DNA of 64,000 nt from Coriobacteriia bacterium (GCA_035687245.1 DASRYH010000008.1:23713-87712); one strand, 5' to 3'. Positions 30,908 through 42,468 are shown, numbered from the stretch's first letter. Made by a program: numbers and translations. The notes: generated by a model from the letters alone, not told the origin.

Positions 30908-32779
30908 GTGGCCGACTACCCCACAGTCGCCGAACAGCTCTCGAGCGTGCCCGACGCGCCCGGCGTCTACCTGTGGAAAGACGTCGACGGTGAGGTGCTC
31001 TACGTCGGCAAGGCGAAGTCGCTGCGCAAGCGCATGCGCCAGTACACGAGCGGCCACGACGACCGCGAGAAGATTCCGCTGATGATGGCCCAGGTCACGA
31101 GCTTCGACTACGTCGTTACCGACACAGAGGTCGAGTCGCTCATCCTCGAGGCGAACCTCATCAAGCAGTACCGGCCGCCGTACAACGTCGACTACCGGGA
31201 CGACAAGAGCTACCCGTTCATCGCGTTGACCCTCGACGACCCGTACCCGTCCATCAAGTACACGCGCGAGAAGCACCGCCCCGGTACGAAGTACTTCGGC
31301 CCGTACACGGACGCTCGTGCTGCACGCGAGACTATCGACATCGTTCGCCGAATCGTCCCCATATGCCGCGCGACCTGCCCGGAGTGGAAGCGCGTGACTG
31401 CCAAGGGCGGAGCCGCGGGTGGGAGAGCGTGCTTCGACTATCACGTGGGCCTAGGTCCGGGTCCGTGCGTGGGTGCCGTGAGCCGCGAGGACTACGCCGG
31501 AAACGTCGCCAAGGTCGCTGGCTTCCTGTCGGGCAAGCACGACGACCTCGAGCGCGACCTCGAGCGGCAGATGAAGGCCGCAGCTGCCGATCTCGACTAC
31601 GAGGCCGCAGCAAAGCACCGCAACCGCCTCGAGGCCGTGAACGCGATTCGGCAGCGTCAGCACATCGTGAGCGGCCGCCCACTCAACATGGACGTTGTGG
31701 GCCTCTTCCGCGAGGAGACGGTCGCTGGGGCTCACGTCTTCGTCGTTCGTGAGGGGCGAGTGCTCGTCGCCAACGAGCTCGTCGTGGACAAGGGGCTCGA
31801 GGTGACCTCCGATGAGCTCATGGAGGGCTTCCTGCTCCGCTACTACGCGGACGCCGCCGACATCCCTAAAGAGGTCGTGCTCGTCGACCCGCCGTGCGAC
31901 CCCGATGCGATCGCGGCGTGGCTCACAGCGCTTCGCGGCACCAAAGTCACGATCACCGTGCCTCAGCGCGGCGAGAAGCGGGAGCTGCTCGAGCTTGCCG
32001 AACGCAACGCGCAGCACACTCTGATGCGCTTCAAGGTCCGGACTCGCTACGACGAGGAGCGCCTCAACTCCGCGCTCCTGCAGCTAGAGAGCGCGCTGGC
32101 CCTACCCTCGCCGCCGCTGCGCATCGAGTGCTACGACATCTCGACGTTGCATGGCCGCCATTCGGTGGGCTCGATGGTGGTCTTCACCAACGGGCGCCAG
32201 GACTCGTCGCAGTACCGGCGCTTTCGCGTGAGAACCGACACCGGCGAGGCCAACGACGTGGCGATGATGGGAGAGGTGCTGCGCAGACGCTTTTCGGCGG
32301 AGCGCGTCGCCGACACCCGCTTCGGCTCCAAGCCTGGCCTCGTCATCGTCGACGGCGGAAAACCACAGCTCACGGCGGCAATTGCGGCGCTGAAGGAGAT
32401 GGGTGTCGATGACGTTCCCGTCGTCGGCCTCGCGAAGCGCGACGAAGAGGTCTGGGTGCCCTGGGCGAACCAACCCGTGGTCTTGCCTGCAGGCTCGCCC
32501 TCGCTCTACCTCGTGAAGCGCGTGCGCGACGAGGCGCACCGGTTCGCAATCGAGTATCACCGCAAGTTGCGCGGCAAGGCGATGACGGCGTCCGTGCTCG
32601 ACGACATCCCCGGCGTAGGCGAGAAACGCAAGAAGGCGATCCTGCGCCACTTCGGCTCCGTGAAGCGCCTAAGAGGTGCGAGTGCCGACGAGATCGCGCA
32701 GGTAGAAGGCGTGCCGAGAGACGTAGCCGAGGAGATCGAGGCGGTCATTCGGCAGTGGGCGGCCGAGAAGCGCGAATAG
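30908..32779 (+). CDS. uvrC: Excinuclease ABC subunit C
   Basis: GIY-YIG N-terminus (PGVYLWKD..EVLYVGKA), UVR domain (LDYEAAAKHRNRLEAV), C-terminal HhH. Confidence 0.95.
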   Translation: MADYPTVAEQLSSVPDAPGVYLWKDVDGEVLYVGKAKSLRKRMRQYTSGHDDREKIPLMMAQVTSFDYVVTDTEVESLILEANLIKQYRPPYNVDYRDDKSYPFIALTLDDPYPSIKYTREKHRPGTKYFGPYTDARAARETIDIVRRIVPICRATCPEWKRVTAKGGAAGGRACFDYHVGLGPGPCVGAVSREDYAGNVAKVAGFLSGKHDDLERDLERQMKAAAADLDYEAAAKHRNRLEAVNAIRQRQHIVSGRPLNMDVVGLFREETVAGAHVFVVREGRVLVANELVVDKGLEVTSDELMEGFLLRYYADAADIPKEVVLVDPPCDPDAIAAWLTALRGTKVTITVPQRGEKRELLELAERNAQHTLMRFKVRTRYDEERLNSALLQLESALALPSPPLRIECYDISTLHGRHSVGSMVVFTNGRQDSSQYRRFRVRTDTGEANDVAMMGEVLRRRFSAERVADTRFGSKPGLVIVDGGKPQLTAAIAALKEMGVDDVPVVGLAKRDEEVWVPWANQPVVLPAGSPSLYLVKRVRDEAHRFAIEYHRKLRGKAMTASVLDDIPGVGEKRKKAILRHFGSVKRLRGASADEIAQVEGVPRDVAEEIEAVIRQWAAEKRE

Positions 32780-32901
32780 ATGCGGTGCGGAGCGAGGCCT
32801 TGGATGAGCACTCCAGCTTCAATCGTCCATGCTGAAGTGCCGATGTAGTTAAGTGACAGAGCAGGGGCGCCATCCAACGGCTAGAATGCTCTCGGAGGAG
32901 A

Positions 32902-34701
32902 ATGCGGCAGGCTAACGCATGCGTCCGAGGCCTTGGGGATGGCCACACACGGCAGTGCGAGGACATGAACCACGGGGACTACCTGGATACGGTCGACGAC
33001 GCTGCGGAGGCCGGAGTAGAGCAGGACGAACGGGACGAGGGATCTGACCTCGGCTCTCGTGTTCGTACCCCGATAGCCATCGTCATCATCCTCCTCGTGC
33101 TGCTGCTCACCATGTGCACGGCCATCGGCAGCATCACCAAGTTCCAAGTCACCCGCGTGCAGTTCATCGCGCGCAACGCCGAATGCCTCACGTGCCACAC
33201 CGAAGTGCTCGCCGAGATGCGCAAGAGCTCGCAGCACCAGCCGTTCATCACCAAGCACTGCACCTCGTGCCACACCCCGCACGGCGCGCTCGTGCGCGTG
33301 AAGGAGCGCACGTGGTACGCGAGCGCGGCATCGCGCATCGGCATGTGGTTTCAGTGGGGCCCCTTCCGCTGGCTCTTCCAGGACCCGAATGCCAAGACAG
33401 ACACCAAGCCTTCGGCGGGGCGAACTACCACGAGCACAACAAGCAAGGGTGGGTTGGGCGAGTCCAAGCTCACGTCGCCTCTGACGACGCTGTGCTGGAG
33501 CTGCCACGGCAACCTGCGACACGACCTGTCGCTTCCGGTGGACCACCCACCGTTCAAGGGCGGCCACTGCACCTCGTGCCACGACCCCCACGCCTCGATG
33601 ACCAAGCCGCTGCTCGTGGGCGATGACCACATCTTGTGCGGGCAGTGCCACCCGATGACCGACCTCAGCCGCAAGCACCTGCACCAGCCTGCGGAACAGT
33701 GGCGTTGCCGTTCGTGCCACCGCGCCCACGGCTCCGACCACAGAGGCATGCTCGTGGCTCGCCAGCGCATCCTGTGCTTCTCGTGCCACCCGGAGGTCGC
33801 CACCGACGACCTCCTGCGCGTCCGACACCGTCCCTTCATCGGCGACGAGTGCACCTCGTGCCACGAACCGCACGGAGCCCCCGCGAAGCCGATGCTGATC
33901 GCACCCGAGCCCGAGCTCTGCTATCTGTGCCACCCGAAGACCGCCGGCGAGTTCTCGCGCGATAGCCACCATCCCGTTCCGAACAAGATCAAGTGCACGA
34001 GCTGCCACCGCGCGCACGGGTCCAAAGAAGACGCGCTGCTCAGGCAGCCCGAGAAGCAGCTGTGCTTGTCGTGCCACGATGAGATCGATCACGAACGCGA
34101 CCTTGTCTTCCAGCATCAGCCGTTCGAGAAGGACAAGTGCACCGTCTGCCACGTCCCGCACGGCTCCAAGTACGGACCGCTGCTGCAGGCCCCAACGCCG
34201 GACCTGTGCTACAAGTGCCACCCCGGCGTGAAGGACCAGTTCGGGCTGCCGAGCCACCACCCGATCGGCCCGAAGTTGAAGTGCACCGGCTGCCACCGCG
34301 TTCACGGCTCCAACTACTGGGGTCTGCTCCACTCGCGCGGCAACAAACTGTGCTACCGCTGCCACAGCTCCGTCCGAATCACCTACGAGGTCTCGCGGCA
34401 CAGCGACGTTCCGTGCCTGCGCTGCCATACGTGGCACGGCTCGGTCTACGACCCGCTCCTCGTGAAGATGAACCCACCCCTGTGCCTCGACTGTCACCAG
34501 CCGAATCGCTGGTACTCGGGTCCACGCGCACACCCGACGTGGCCGAAGTTCTACGACTGGCACGCCGGCAAGGGTTTGACGTGCACGTCGACGTGTCATA
34601 ACCCGCACGGCACGCAGTTCGACCACATGGTCCGCAACTTCCCGGCGGACTGGGACGGGCAGTGCCGCCAGTGCCACGACGACATCGGCATCTACCAGTA
34701 G
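32902..34701 (+). CDS. Membrane-anchored multiheme cytochrome c (18 CxxCH + 1 CxxxCH)
   Basis: N-terminal TM helix IAIVIILLVLLLTMCTAIG. There are 19 heme-binding motifs, with reiterated H-x-P-F-x(3-5)-C-T-S-C-H-x-P-H-G modules. ATG 32965 is an alternative start. Confidence 0.85.
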   Translation: MRQANACVRGLGDGHTRQCEDMNHGDYLDTVDDAAEAGVEQDERDEGSDLGSRVRTPIAIVIILLVLLLTMCTAIGSITKFQVTRVQFIARNAECLTCHTEVLAEMRKSSQHQPFITKHCTSCHTPHGALVRVKERTWYASAASRIGMWFQWGPFRWLFQDPNAKTDTKPSAGRTTTSTTSKGGLGESKLTSPLTTLCWSCHGNLRHDLSLPVDHPPFKGGHCTSCHDPHASMTKPLLVGDDHILCGQCHPMTDLSRKHLHQPAEQWRCRSCHRAHGSDHRGMLVARQRILCFSCHPEVATDDLLRVRHRPFIGDECTSCHEPHGAPAKPMLIAPEPELCYLCHPKTAGEFSRDSHHPVPNKIKCTSCHRAHGSKEDALLRQPEKQLCLSCHDEIDHERDLVFQHQPFEKDKCTVCHVPHGSKYGPLLQAPTPDLCYKCHPGVKDQFGLPSHHPIGPKLKCTGCHRVHGSNYWGLLHSRGNKLCYRCHSSVRITYEVSRHSDVPCLRCHTWHGSVYDPLLVKMNPPLCLDCHQPNRWYSGPRAHPTWPKFYDWHAGKGLTCTSTCHNPHGTQFDHMVRNFPADWDGQCRQCHDDIGIYQ

Positions 34702-34799
34702 GGGCGCTCCCCGCCGGATAGCCACCGTCCGCCCGGGTAGGCGTCCCGTGGCCTCGACGCTGTGGGTATACTGGGCTGCACCTGGCGACCGGAGAACTC

Positions 34800-35717
34800 A
34801 TGCCTGACTACTGTTCGACAGACCCCGAGGCCGATTCGGCATCTACAGCGCCCGAGATCGTCGTGATCACGGGCATGTCGGGTGCCGGTCGTTCCGAGGC
34901 CATGCACACCTTCGAAGACCTCGGCTACTTCTGCATCGACAACCTGCCGCCATCGTTCATCGGACAGCTCGTCGATCTCGCCGAACTGCCGGACTCAAAC
35001 CTCAAGCGGCTCGCGGTCGTATGCGACGTGCGCGGTCACGCCTTCTTCGACGAACTCGCTGGCGAGATGGCCAAGCTCACCGAGCGGAGCATGAACCTGC
35101 GAGTTCTCTTCCTCGAGGCCGACGATGAGGTGCTTCTCCGGCGCTTCAAGGAGACGCGCCGCCGCCATCCGATGTGCGACGACGGTCGCGGCCTGTCTGA
35201 CGGCATCGCTGCAGAGCGTGCGGCCCTTGAGCCGTTACGCCGGCTCGCCACGGTCATCATCGACTCCAGCGAACTGCGCCCCAATGAGCTGCACACCGTC
35301 ATCCGTGAGCGCTTCGCCGAAGCCGACTCCACCGGCATGGCGATCTCGGTCAACTCCTTCGGCTTCAAGCACAGCGTCCCCAACGACGCCGACATAGTGA
35401 TGGACGTACGATTCCTCCCGAACCCTCACTACGATCCCGCGCTCCGTCCGCTAAGCGGGCTCGACGCGCCCGTGGTCAACTTCGTCATGTCACGCCCGGA
35501 GACGGAGGCGTTTCTCGACAAGTGGTTCGCCCTGCTCGACGCTGTGATGCCGAGCTACGTCGCCGAAGGCAAGCATCACCTGTCTATCGCCATGGGCTGC
35601 ACAGGCGGGCGCCACCGCTCCGTGGCACTCGCCGAGGCCACCGCACGGCACCTCGTTGATGCCGGCTACCAGGTCACGGCGTCGCATCGCGACATCGGCA
35701 GGGATCGCGCCGAGTGA
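34800..35717 (+). CDS. rapZ: RNase adapter protein RapZ (YvcJ)
   Basis: VVITGMSGAGRSEA P-loop, FCIDNLPP, C-terminal CTGGRHRSV. Confidence 0.9.
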   Translation: MPDYCSTDPEADSASTAPEIVVITGMSGAGRSEAMHTFEDLGYFCIDNLPPSFIGQLVDLAELPDSNLKRLAVVCDVRGHAFFDELAGEMAKLTERSMNLRVLFLEADDEVLLRRFKETRRRHPMCDDGRGLSDGIAAERAALEPLRRLATVIIDSSELRPNELHTVIRERFAEADSTGMAISVNSFGFKHSVPNDADIVMDVRFLPNPHYDPALRPLSGLDAPVVNFVMSRPETEAFLDKWFALLDAVMPSYVAEGKHHLSIAMGCTGGRHRSVALAEATARHLVDAGYQVTASHRDIGRDRAE

Positions 35718-36667
35718 GCAGCGTTGTGAGAAAGAGCGCAGTCGCGGTAGGCGGCGGCACCGGGCTTCCGTCGGTACTGCGAGCGCTGCTCGACCTCGGG
35801 TTCGAGACGTCGGCGGTTGTGACGATGGCCGATGACGGCGGTTCGTCCGGCGCGCTTCGACGTGAGCTGGGTATCCTGCCGCCGGGCGATATCCGCAACT
35901 GCCTCGTTGCAATGGCGGGCGACCCCACGGGCCTGCGCGCGCAACTGTTCCAGTACCGCTTCGCGCAGGGCGAGGGCCTGTCCGGCCACGCTGTGGGAAA
36001 CCTCGTCCTTGCGGCGCTCACGGACCTGTCTGGTAGCTTTCCCGAGGCCATCAACGTTGTCGGGGAGTTCCTCGACGCGCGGGGCAAGGTACTTCCGTCC
36101 ACGCTTGCAGACGTCGAGCTTCACGGCGTGGACCGCATGGGACGAGAGGTCTTCGGCCAGGCCTGCCTCGCGTCTAACGAGTACCCGGTCGAGCACGCAC
36201 TCCTCGAGCCGGCGAATCCGCCTGCATACGGTCCCGCGATCGAGGCGATCGCTGCTGCCGACGCTGTGGTGGTGGGGCCGGGTTCGCTCTACACGAGCAT
36301 CATCCCGAACTTCCTCGTAGACGGAGTCGCCGCCGCTCTTGCTGCATCGCGGGCGAAGCGCGTCTACGTCTGCAACGTCGCCAACATGCGCGGCGAGACC
36401 AACGGGCTGGACGCAGCAGATCACGTCGAGGCGCTCATCGAGCATGGGCTCGGCGGCTGCATCGATGTCGCCATCGTGCACCGCTGCGACTCGAACGAAG
36501 CGCTGTGCCCGGCCGAGGTCGAGCCGGTCGTTGCCGACGATCGCGTAGTGGCCCGAATCGAGGCGCTCGGCATACAGGTGGTCTGCGCTGACCTCGCGGA
36601 TCGGGAGAGCCCCGTGCGCCACGCGCCAGCCGTGCTCACGCGTGTTCTGGGCGAGGTGCTTGGCTGA
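35714..36667 (+). CDS. yvcK: YvcK/CofD-family gluconeogenesis/cell-shape factor
   Basis: VAVGGGTGLPSVLRAL, DDGGSSG, GPGSLYTSIIPN. GTGA overlap with rapZ. Confidence 0.85.
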   Translation: MSSVVRKSAVAVGGGTGLPSVLRALLDLGFETSAVVTMADDGGSSGALRRELGILPPGDIRNCLVAMAGDPTGLRAQLFQYRFAQGEGLSGHAVGNLVLAALTDLSGSFPEAINVVGEFLDARGKVLPSTLADVELHGVDRMGREVFGQACLASNEYPVEHALLEPANPPAYGPAIEAIAAADAVVVGPGSLYTSIIPNFLVDGVAAALAASRAKRVYVCNVANMRGETNGLDAADHVEALIEHGLGGCIDVAIVHRCDSNEALCPAEVEPVVADDRVVARIEALGIQVVCADLADRESPVRHAPAVLTRVLGEVLG

Positions 36668-37602
36668 TGTCGTTCACCGCTGAGGTCAAAGATGAACTCT
36701 CGCGCGTCGAGCCGAAGCGCTCGTGCTGCAGCAAGGCGCAGCTCGCGGCGCTGGTGCGCATCGAGGGGACACTGCATATCAGCGGCCCGAACCGCTACCG
36801 GCTCGAAGTCGCCACCGAGACTGCACCGGTCGCGCGGACGACCATCAAGCTGCTGCACTCCGTCTACGGGCTCAAGACCGAGCTCACCGTGCGCCGCAGT
36901 GTGCTGCACAAGACCAACAACTACTTGATTACCGTACCGTCGCAGCCGAACCTCTCACCCGCGCTCAGCGAGCTGGGAATCGTGGGGGAGAAGGGCTTCG
37001 CGCTGGGCGTGGATCCGGCCCTCGTCAAGCGCGACTGTTGTGCGATCGCCTATCTGCGCGGGGCGTTTCTGGGCGGTGGCTTCGTGGCCGACCCGCACGG
37101 CGACTTCCACTTCGAGCTCACTGCCGAATCCGAGCAGCTCGCCGAAGACCTCGTCGCGCTCATGGACCGCTTCGGCATCGAGGCGCGCGTCGCCCAGCGG
37201 CGCGGCACCTTCGCCGTCTACCTCAAGGGCGCCGAGCCCATCGTCACGTTTCTCGCGCTCGTGGGTGCACACCGTGCGCTCCTGCGCACCGAGGACGTCC
37301 GCATCGTCAAGTCGATGCGCAACGACGTGAACCGGCTCGTGAACGCAGAGATTGCGAACCAGGCCAAGACCGCCGAAGCCGCAGTCGGCCAGATTCAGGC
37401 GATCGAGTTTCTGGCCGACACGCGCGGGCTCGACAGCCTGCCACCCGCACTGCGGGAGCTCGCCGAACTCCGGCGGGCCAATCCAGACGTCTCGCTTCGA
37501 GAACTCGGGGAGCTTGCGGACCCGCCCCTCTCGAAGTCGGCGGTATATCATAGGGTTCGCCGCATCGAGGAGCTTGCCGAAGAGGCGCGCTCCGAGAGTT
37601 AG
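36667..37602 (+). CDS. whiA: DNA-binding protein WhiA
   Basis: MSFTAEVKDELSRV..CC..A, LAGLIDADG-like middle region, C-terminal HTH (SKSAVYHRVRRIEELA). TGATG overlap with yvcK. Confidence 0.9.
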   Translation: MSFTAEVKDELSRVEPKRSCCSKAQLAALVRIEGTLHISGPNRYRLEVATETAPVARTTIKLLHSVYGLKTELTVRRSVLHKTNNYLITVPSQPNLSPALSELGIVGEKGFALGVDPALVKRDCCAIAYLRGAFLGGGFVADPHGDFHFELTAESEQLAEDLVALMDRFGIEARVAQRRGTFAVYLKGAEPIVTFLALVGAHRALLRTEDVRIVKSMRNDVNRLVNAEIANQAKTAEAAVGQIQAIEFLADTRGLDSLPPALRELAELRRANPDVSLRELGELADPPLSKSAVYHRVRRIEELAEEARSES

Positions 37603-38760
<1,158 letters not shown>

Positions 38761-38850
38761 CAGTTCGCCAAGTCGGATCACGACGGGGCCTCGCGAAGGT
38801 GCGGGGCCCCGTTCATCACAGGACCGTGAACGAAGGGGACTGAAGAGAGC

Positions 38851-40038
38851 ATGTTCGCCAAGAAGACGATCAAAGACGTCGACGTTCGCGGTAAGCGCGT
38901 CCTGGTGCGCGTCGACTTCAACGTGCCGCTTGCCGAAGGGGCCGTCACCGACGACACGCGCATTCGCGCGGCGCTGCCGACGATCCGCTATCTGATTGAC
39001 CACGGCGCGCGTGTCGTGCTCATGAGCCACCTCGGCCGCCCGAAGGGCGAACCCGATCCCGTGTACTCGCTCAAGCCGGCTCGTCGCACGCTGCAGCGCC
39101 TCATAGGCCGCAACGTCGCGTTCTCGCCCGAGGCAGTTGGTCCGGAGGCCGAAGAGGCCGTGTCACGCATGATCGACGGCGAGATCCTCATGCTGGAGAA
39201 CGTACGCTTCTACTCAGGTGAGAAGGCGAACGATCCCGAGTTCTCGCAACTGCTCGCCAAGCTCGGCGACATCTACGTCAATGACGCCTTCGGGGCAGCG
39301 CACCGCGCACACGCGTCTACCGCGGGCATCGCGCAGTTCTTGCCGGCCTACGCCGGCCTGCTGCTGGCGCGCGAGATCGAGACGCTTACCGGCATGCTGA
39401 AGAGCCCGGAGCGCCCCTTCGTCGCGATCCTTGGCGGCTCGAAGGTCTCCGACAAGTTCGGCGTCATCGACCGCCTCATCGAGTGCGTCGACGAGCTGCT
39501 CATCGGCGGCGGCATGGCCTTCACCTTCCTTGTGGCCAAGGGCATCGAGGTGGGCAACTCGATCGTCGAGCAGGAGTGGGTCGAGCCTGCCAAGAAGATG
39601 CTTGCCAAGGCGGAGGAGAAGGGCTGCGACCTGATACTGCCGACCGACTTCGTGGTCGCCTCTGAGATCGCCGACGACGCCGACACCACAATCTGCGGCC
39701 GCGAGGAGATCCCCGTGGGCCAGATGGGCCTCGACATCGGTCCGTCGACCGTCGAGCTGTTCAAGGGCACGATCGCGGACGCCAAGACCATCTTCTGGAA
39801 CGGGCCCATGGGCGTCTTCGAGATGGCGCCCTTCGAGACGGGCACCAAGGAAGTCGCGATCGCCGTGGGCCGCAACAACCGCGCTGTCTCTGTCATAGGC
39901 GGTGGCGACTCGGTCGCCGCGCTCAAGAAGTTCGGTCTCGAGGACCGCGTGACGTTCGTGTCGACGGGCGGCGGCGCGTCGATGAAGCTGCTCGAGGGCG
40001 CGCCGCTTCCGGGCGTCGAGAACCTGCTGGACGCATAG
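38851..40038 (+). CDS. pgk: Phosphoglycerate kinase
   Basis: RVDFNVP, MSHLGRPKG, FWNGPMGVFE, STGGGA. Confidence 0.95.
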   Translation: MFAKKTIKDVDVRGKRVLVRVDFNVPLAEGAVTDDTRIRAALPTIRYLIDHGARVVLMSHLGRPKGEPDPVYSLKPARRTLQRLIGRNVAFSPEAVGPEAEEAVSRMIDGEILMLENVRFYSGEKANDPEFSQLLAKLGDIYVNDAFGAAHRAHASTAGIAQFLPAYAGLLLAREIETLTGMLKSPERPFVAILGGSKVSDKFGVIDRLIECVDELLIGGGMAFTFLVAKGIEVGNSIVEQEWVEPAKKMLAKAEEKGCDLILPTDFVVASEIADDADTTICGREEIPVGQMGLDIGPSTVELFKGTIADAKTIFWNGPMGVFEMAPFETGTKEVAIAVGRNNRAVSVIGGGDSVAALKKFGLEDRVTFVSTGGGASMKLLEGAPLPGVENLLDA

Positions 40039-40112
40039 GCTGCCGAAGGGGCCGCATCCGCGGCCTTTCGGCGGGTGAGAACGCGAAAACCCACTGACGA
40101 GGGGAGGGCGAT

Positions 40113-40889
40113 ATGTCGAGAACGCCGATGATCGCCGGGAACTGGAAGATGTATAAGACGGCCGGCGAGGGCGCCATCTTGGTGCAGAACCTCGACGAGC
40201 GCGTGGAGTCCTACTGGAACGACGTCGATATCGTGGTCTGTCCGCCGTTCACGGCGCTCAAGAGCGTCTCGACCGTCATCGAGCTCGACAAGCTCAACAT
40301 CGGGCTTGCCGCTCAGAACGTGCACTGGGAGCCTGAAGGCGCCTATACCGGTGAGATCTCGGTGCGCATGCTCTCTGACCTGCGCTGCAACTACTGCATC
40401 GTCGGCCACTCAGAGCGCCGCGAGATGTTCGGCGAGACCGACGAGACCGTCAACAAGAAGGTCAAGGCGCTGTTCGCCGCCGGCATCACGCCGATCGTGT
40501 GCGTGGGAGAGTCGCTCAGCTCGCGCGAGGCCGGCGAGACCGACGAGTACGTGCGCAAGCAGGTTCGTGGAGCGCTCGACGGTGTGAGTGCCGAAGACGC
40601 CGCCAAGCTCGTCGTCGCCTACGAGCCGATCTGGGCGATCGGCACCGGTCGTACGCCGACCCCTGAGGCCGCCAACGACGTCTGCCGCTCGATTCGTGCA
40701 ACGTTGGGAGCGCTCTTCGGCCAGCCTGTCGCAATCCAGGTGCGCGTCCTCTACGGCGGCTCCGCCAAGCCTGAGAACCTTGGGCTGTTCATGCCCGAGC
40801 CCGATATCGACGGCGCACTCATCGGCGGCGCCGCACTCGACGCGGAGTCGTTCGCCTCGATGGTGCGCACCGCCATGGAGTACATCTAG
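40113..40889 (+). CDS. tpiA: Triosephosphate isomerase
   Basis: IAGNWKMY, VGHSERR, VAYEPIWAIGTG. Confidence 0.95.
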   Translation: MSRTPMIAGNWKMYKTAGEGAILVQNLDERVESYWNDVDIVVCPPFTALKSVSTVIELDKLNIGLAAQNVHWEPEGAYTGEISVRMLSDLRCNYCIVGHSERREMFGETDETVNKKVKALFAAGITPIVCVGESLSSREAGETDEYVRKQVRGALDGVSAEDAAKLVVAYEPIWAIGTGRTPTPEAANDVCRSIRATLGALFGQPVAIQVRVLYGGSAKPENLGLFMPEPDIDGALIGGAALDAESFASMVRTAMEYI

Positions 40890-40892
40890 CCG

Positions 40893-42410
40893 ATGAAGAA
40901 TCTGCCTGTCGCCCTGATGATCCTCGACGGCTTCGGCTTGGGCGTCGAGGAGCCCGGTAACGCCGTGCGCGCGGCCAACGCGCCACACCTGCACGCACTG
41001 TTCGAAGACAACCCGAATGGGCTGCTCTCGGCATCGGGTCTCGCCGTGGGCCTGCCCGAGGGACAGATGGGCAACTCGGAGGTCGGGCACCTCAACATCG
41101 GCGCGGGGCGCGTCGTCTACCAGGAGCTCACGCGAATCGACCTCGCTATCCAGGACGGTTCGCTCTTCGACAACGAAGTCATCGGCGCGGCCATCGACGC
41201 TGCCGTCGCCGAGGGCAAGGCCGTGCACTTCATGGGCCTGGTCTCGCCGGGAGGCGTGCACAGCCACCAGAACCACCTCTACGCGCTCGTGGACATGGCG
41301 CGCCAGCGCGGCGCGTCCACGGTGTGGGTCCACTGTCTGCTCGACGGGCGCGACACCCCACCCCAGAGTGGCCTCGGCTACGTTCGCGAGCTCGAGGCGA
41401 AGCTGGAGCGCATCGGTGTCGGCACGATCGCAACGGTCATGGGCCGCTACTACGCCATGGATCGCGACAACCGCTGGGACCGTGTCGAGAAGGCGTGGCG
41501 GGCGCTCGTGCTGGGCGAGGGCGTCCCGGCCGACAGTGCCGATAGCGCGATCGAAGCCTCGTATGCAACGGGTGTGAACGATGAGTTCGTAGTCCCCGCC
41601 ATCGTGGAGCCCGCGCGGCTTGCCGAAGGGGACGCGTTCGTCTTCTTCAACTTCAGACCCGACCGCGCGCGCGAGATCACGCGCTCGCTCACCGACGCGA
41701 CGTTTGAGGGTTTCGAGCGACCTGTGTACCCGGCCCTGCGGTTCGTCTGCCTCACCGAGTACGACCCGACGATCCCCGCACCCGTGGCGTTTCCCAAGGC
41801 GTTTCCAGCCAACGTCCTGGCAGACGCACTCGCAGCCAACGGTCTTCGGCAGCTTCATATCGCGGAGACCGAGAAGTACGCACATGTGACCTTCTTCCTC
41901 AACGGAGGCGTCGAGACGCCGAAGGCGGGGGAGACGCGAGTGCTCGTGCCGAGCCCCAAGGTCGCGACCTACGACCTCAAGCCGGAGATGAGCGCTCCCG
42001 AAGTCACAGACAAGCTCGTCGAAGCCATCGAGGGCGATGCTGCCGACGTCTACATCGTCAACTACGCCAACTGCGACATGGTCGGCCACACTGGCGTCTT
42101 CGAAGCGGCAGTCAAGGCGGTAGAGGCCGTGGATGAAGCCGTCGGACGCGTGCTTGCTGCCATCGCCGCGAAGGGCGGTTCGGTCATCCTGACGGCCGAC
42201 CATGGGAACGCGGAGCATATGGTGGACGCGGACAACGTCACGCCGTTCACCGCGCACACGACCTCGACGGTACCCATCGTCGTGGTCAGTCCCGGCGTGA
42301 AGGGCATCGCAGACGGCGGCAAGCTCGCGGATGTGGCACCGACTCTTGCCGCACTGATTGGCATGGAGCAGCCACAGGAGTGGACGGGCCATAGTCTGCT
42401 GCTATACTGA
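40893..42410 (+). CDS. gpmI: 2,3-bisphosphoglycerate-independent phosphoglycerate mutase
   Basis: LMILDGFG, GNSEVGHLNIGAGR, ADHGNAE. Confidence 0.9.
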   Translation: MKNLPVALMILDGFGLGVEEPGNAVRAANAPHLHALFEDNPNGLLSASGLAVGLPEGQMGNSEVGHLNIGAGRVVYQELTRIDLAIQDGSLFDNEVIGAAIDAAVAEGKAVHFMGLVSPGGVHSHQNHLYALVDMARQRGASTVWVHCLLDGRDTPPQSGLGYVRELEAKLERIGVGTIATVMGRYYAMDRDNRWDRVEKAWRALVLGEGVPADSADSAIEASYATGVNDEFVVPAIVEPARLAEGDAFVFFNFRPDRAREITRSLTDATFEGFERPVYPALRFVCLTEYDPTIPAPVAFPKAFPANVLADALAANGLRQLHIAETEKYAHVTFFLNGGVETPKAGETRVLVPSPKVATYDLKPEMSAPEVTDKLVEAIEGDAADVYIVNYANCDMVGHTGVFEAAVKAVEAVDEAVGRVLAAIAAKGGSVILTADHGNAEHMVDADNVTPFTAHTTSTVPIVVVSPGVKGIADGGKLADVAPTLAALIGMEQPQEWTGHSLLLY

Positions 42411-42468
42411 TTCACCGCGCTGGGCTCTGGCCCCGTGCGTGGATATCTCGACTCGAAGGAAGTAACTC

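Noticed and set aside
32881-34725. 614-aa minus-strand ORF exactly covering the multiheme cytochrome gene
   Set aside because: The plus-strand frame carries 19 regularly spaced heme-binding motifs, a TM anchor and an SD sequence. The antisense product has no recognisable motif and shows shadow-ORF composition.
40410-42392. 660-aa minus-strand ORF across tpiA and gpmI
   Set aside because: It is antisense to two textbook glycolytic genes and has no motifs of its own.
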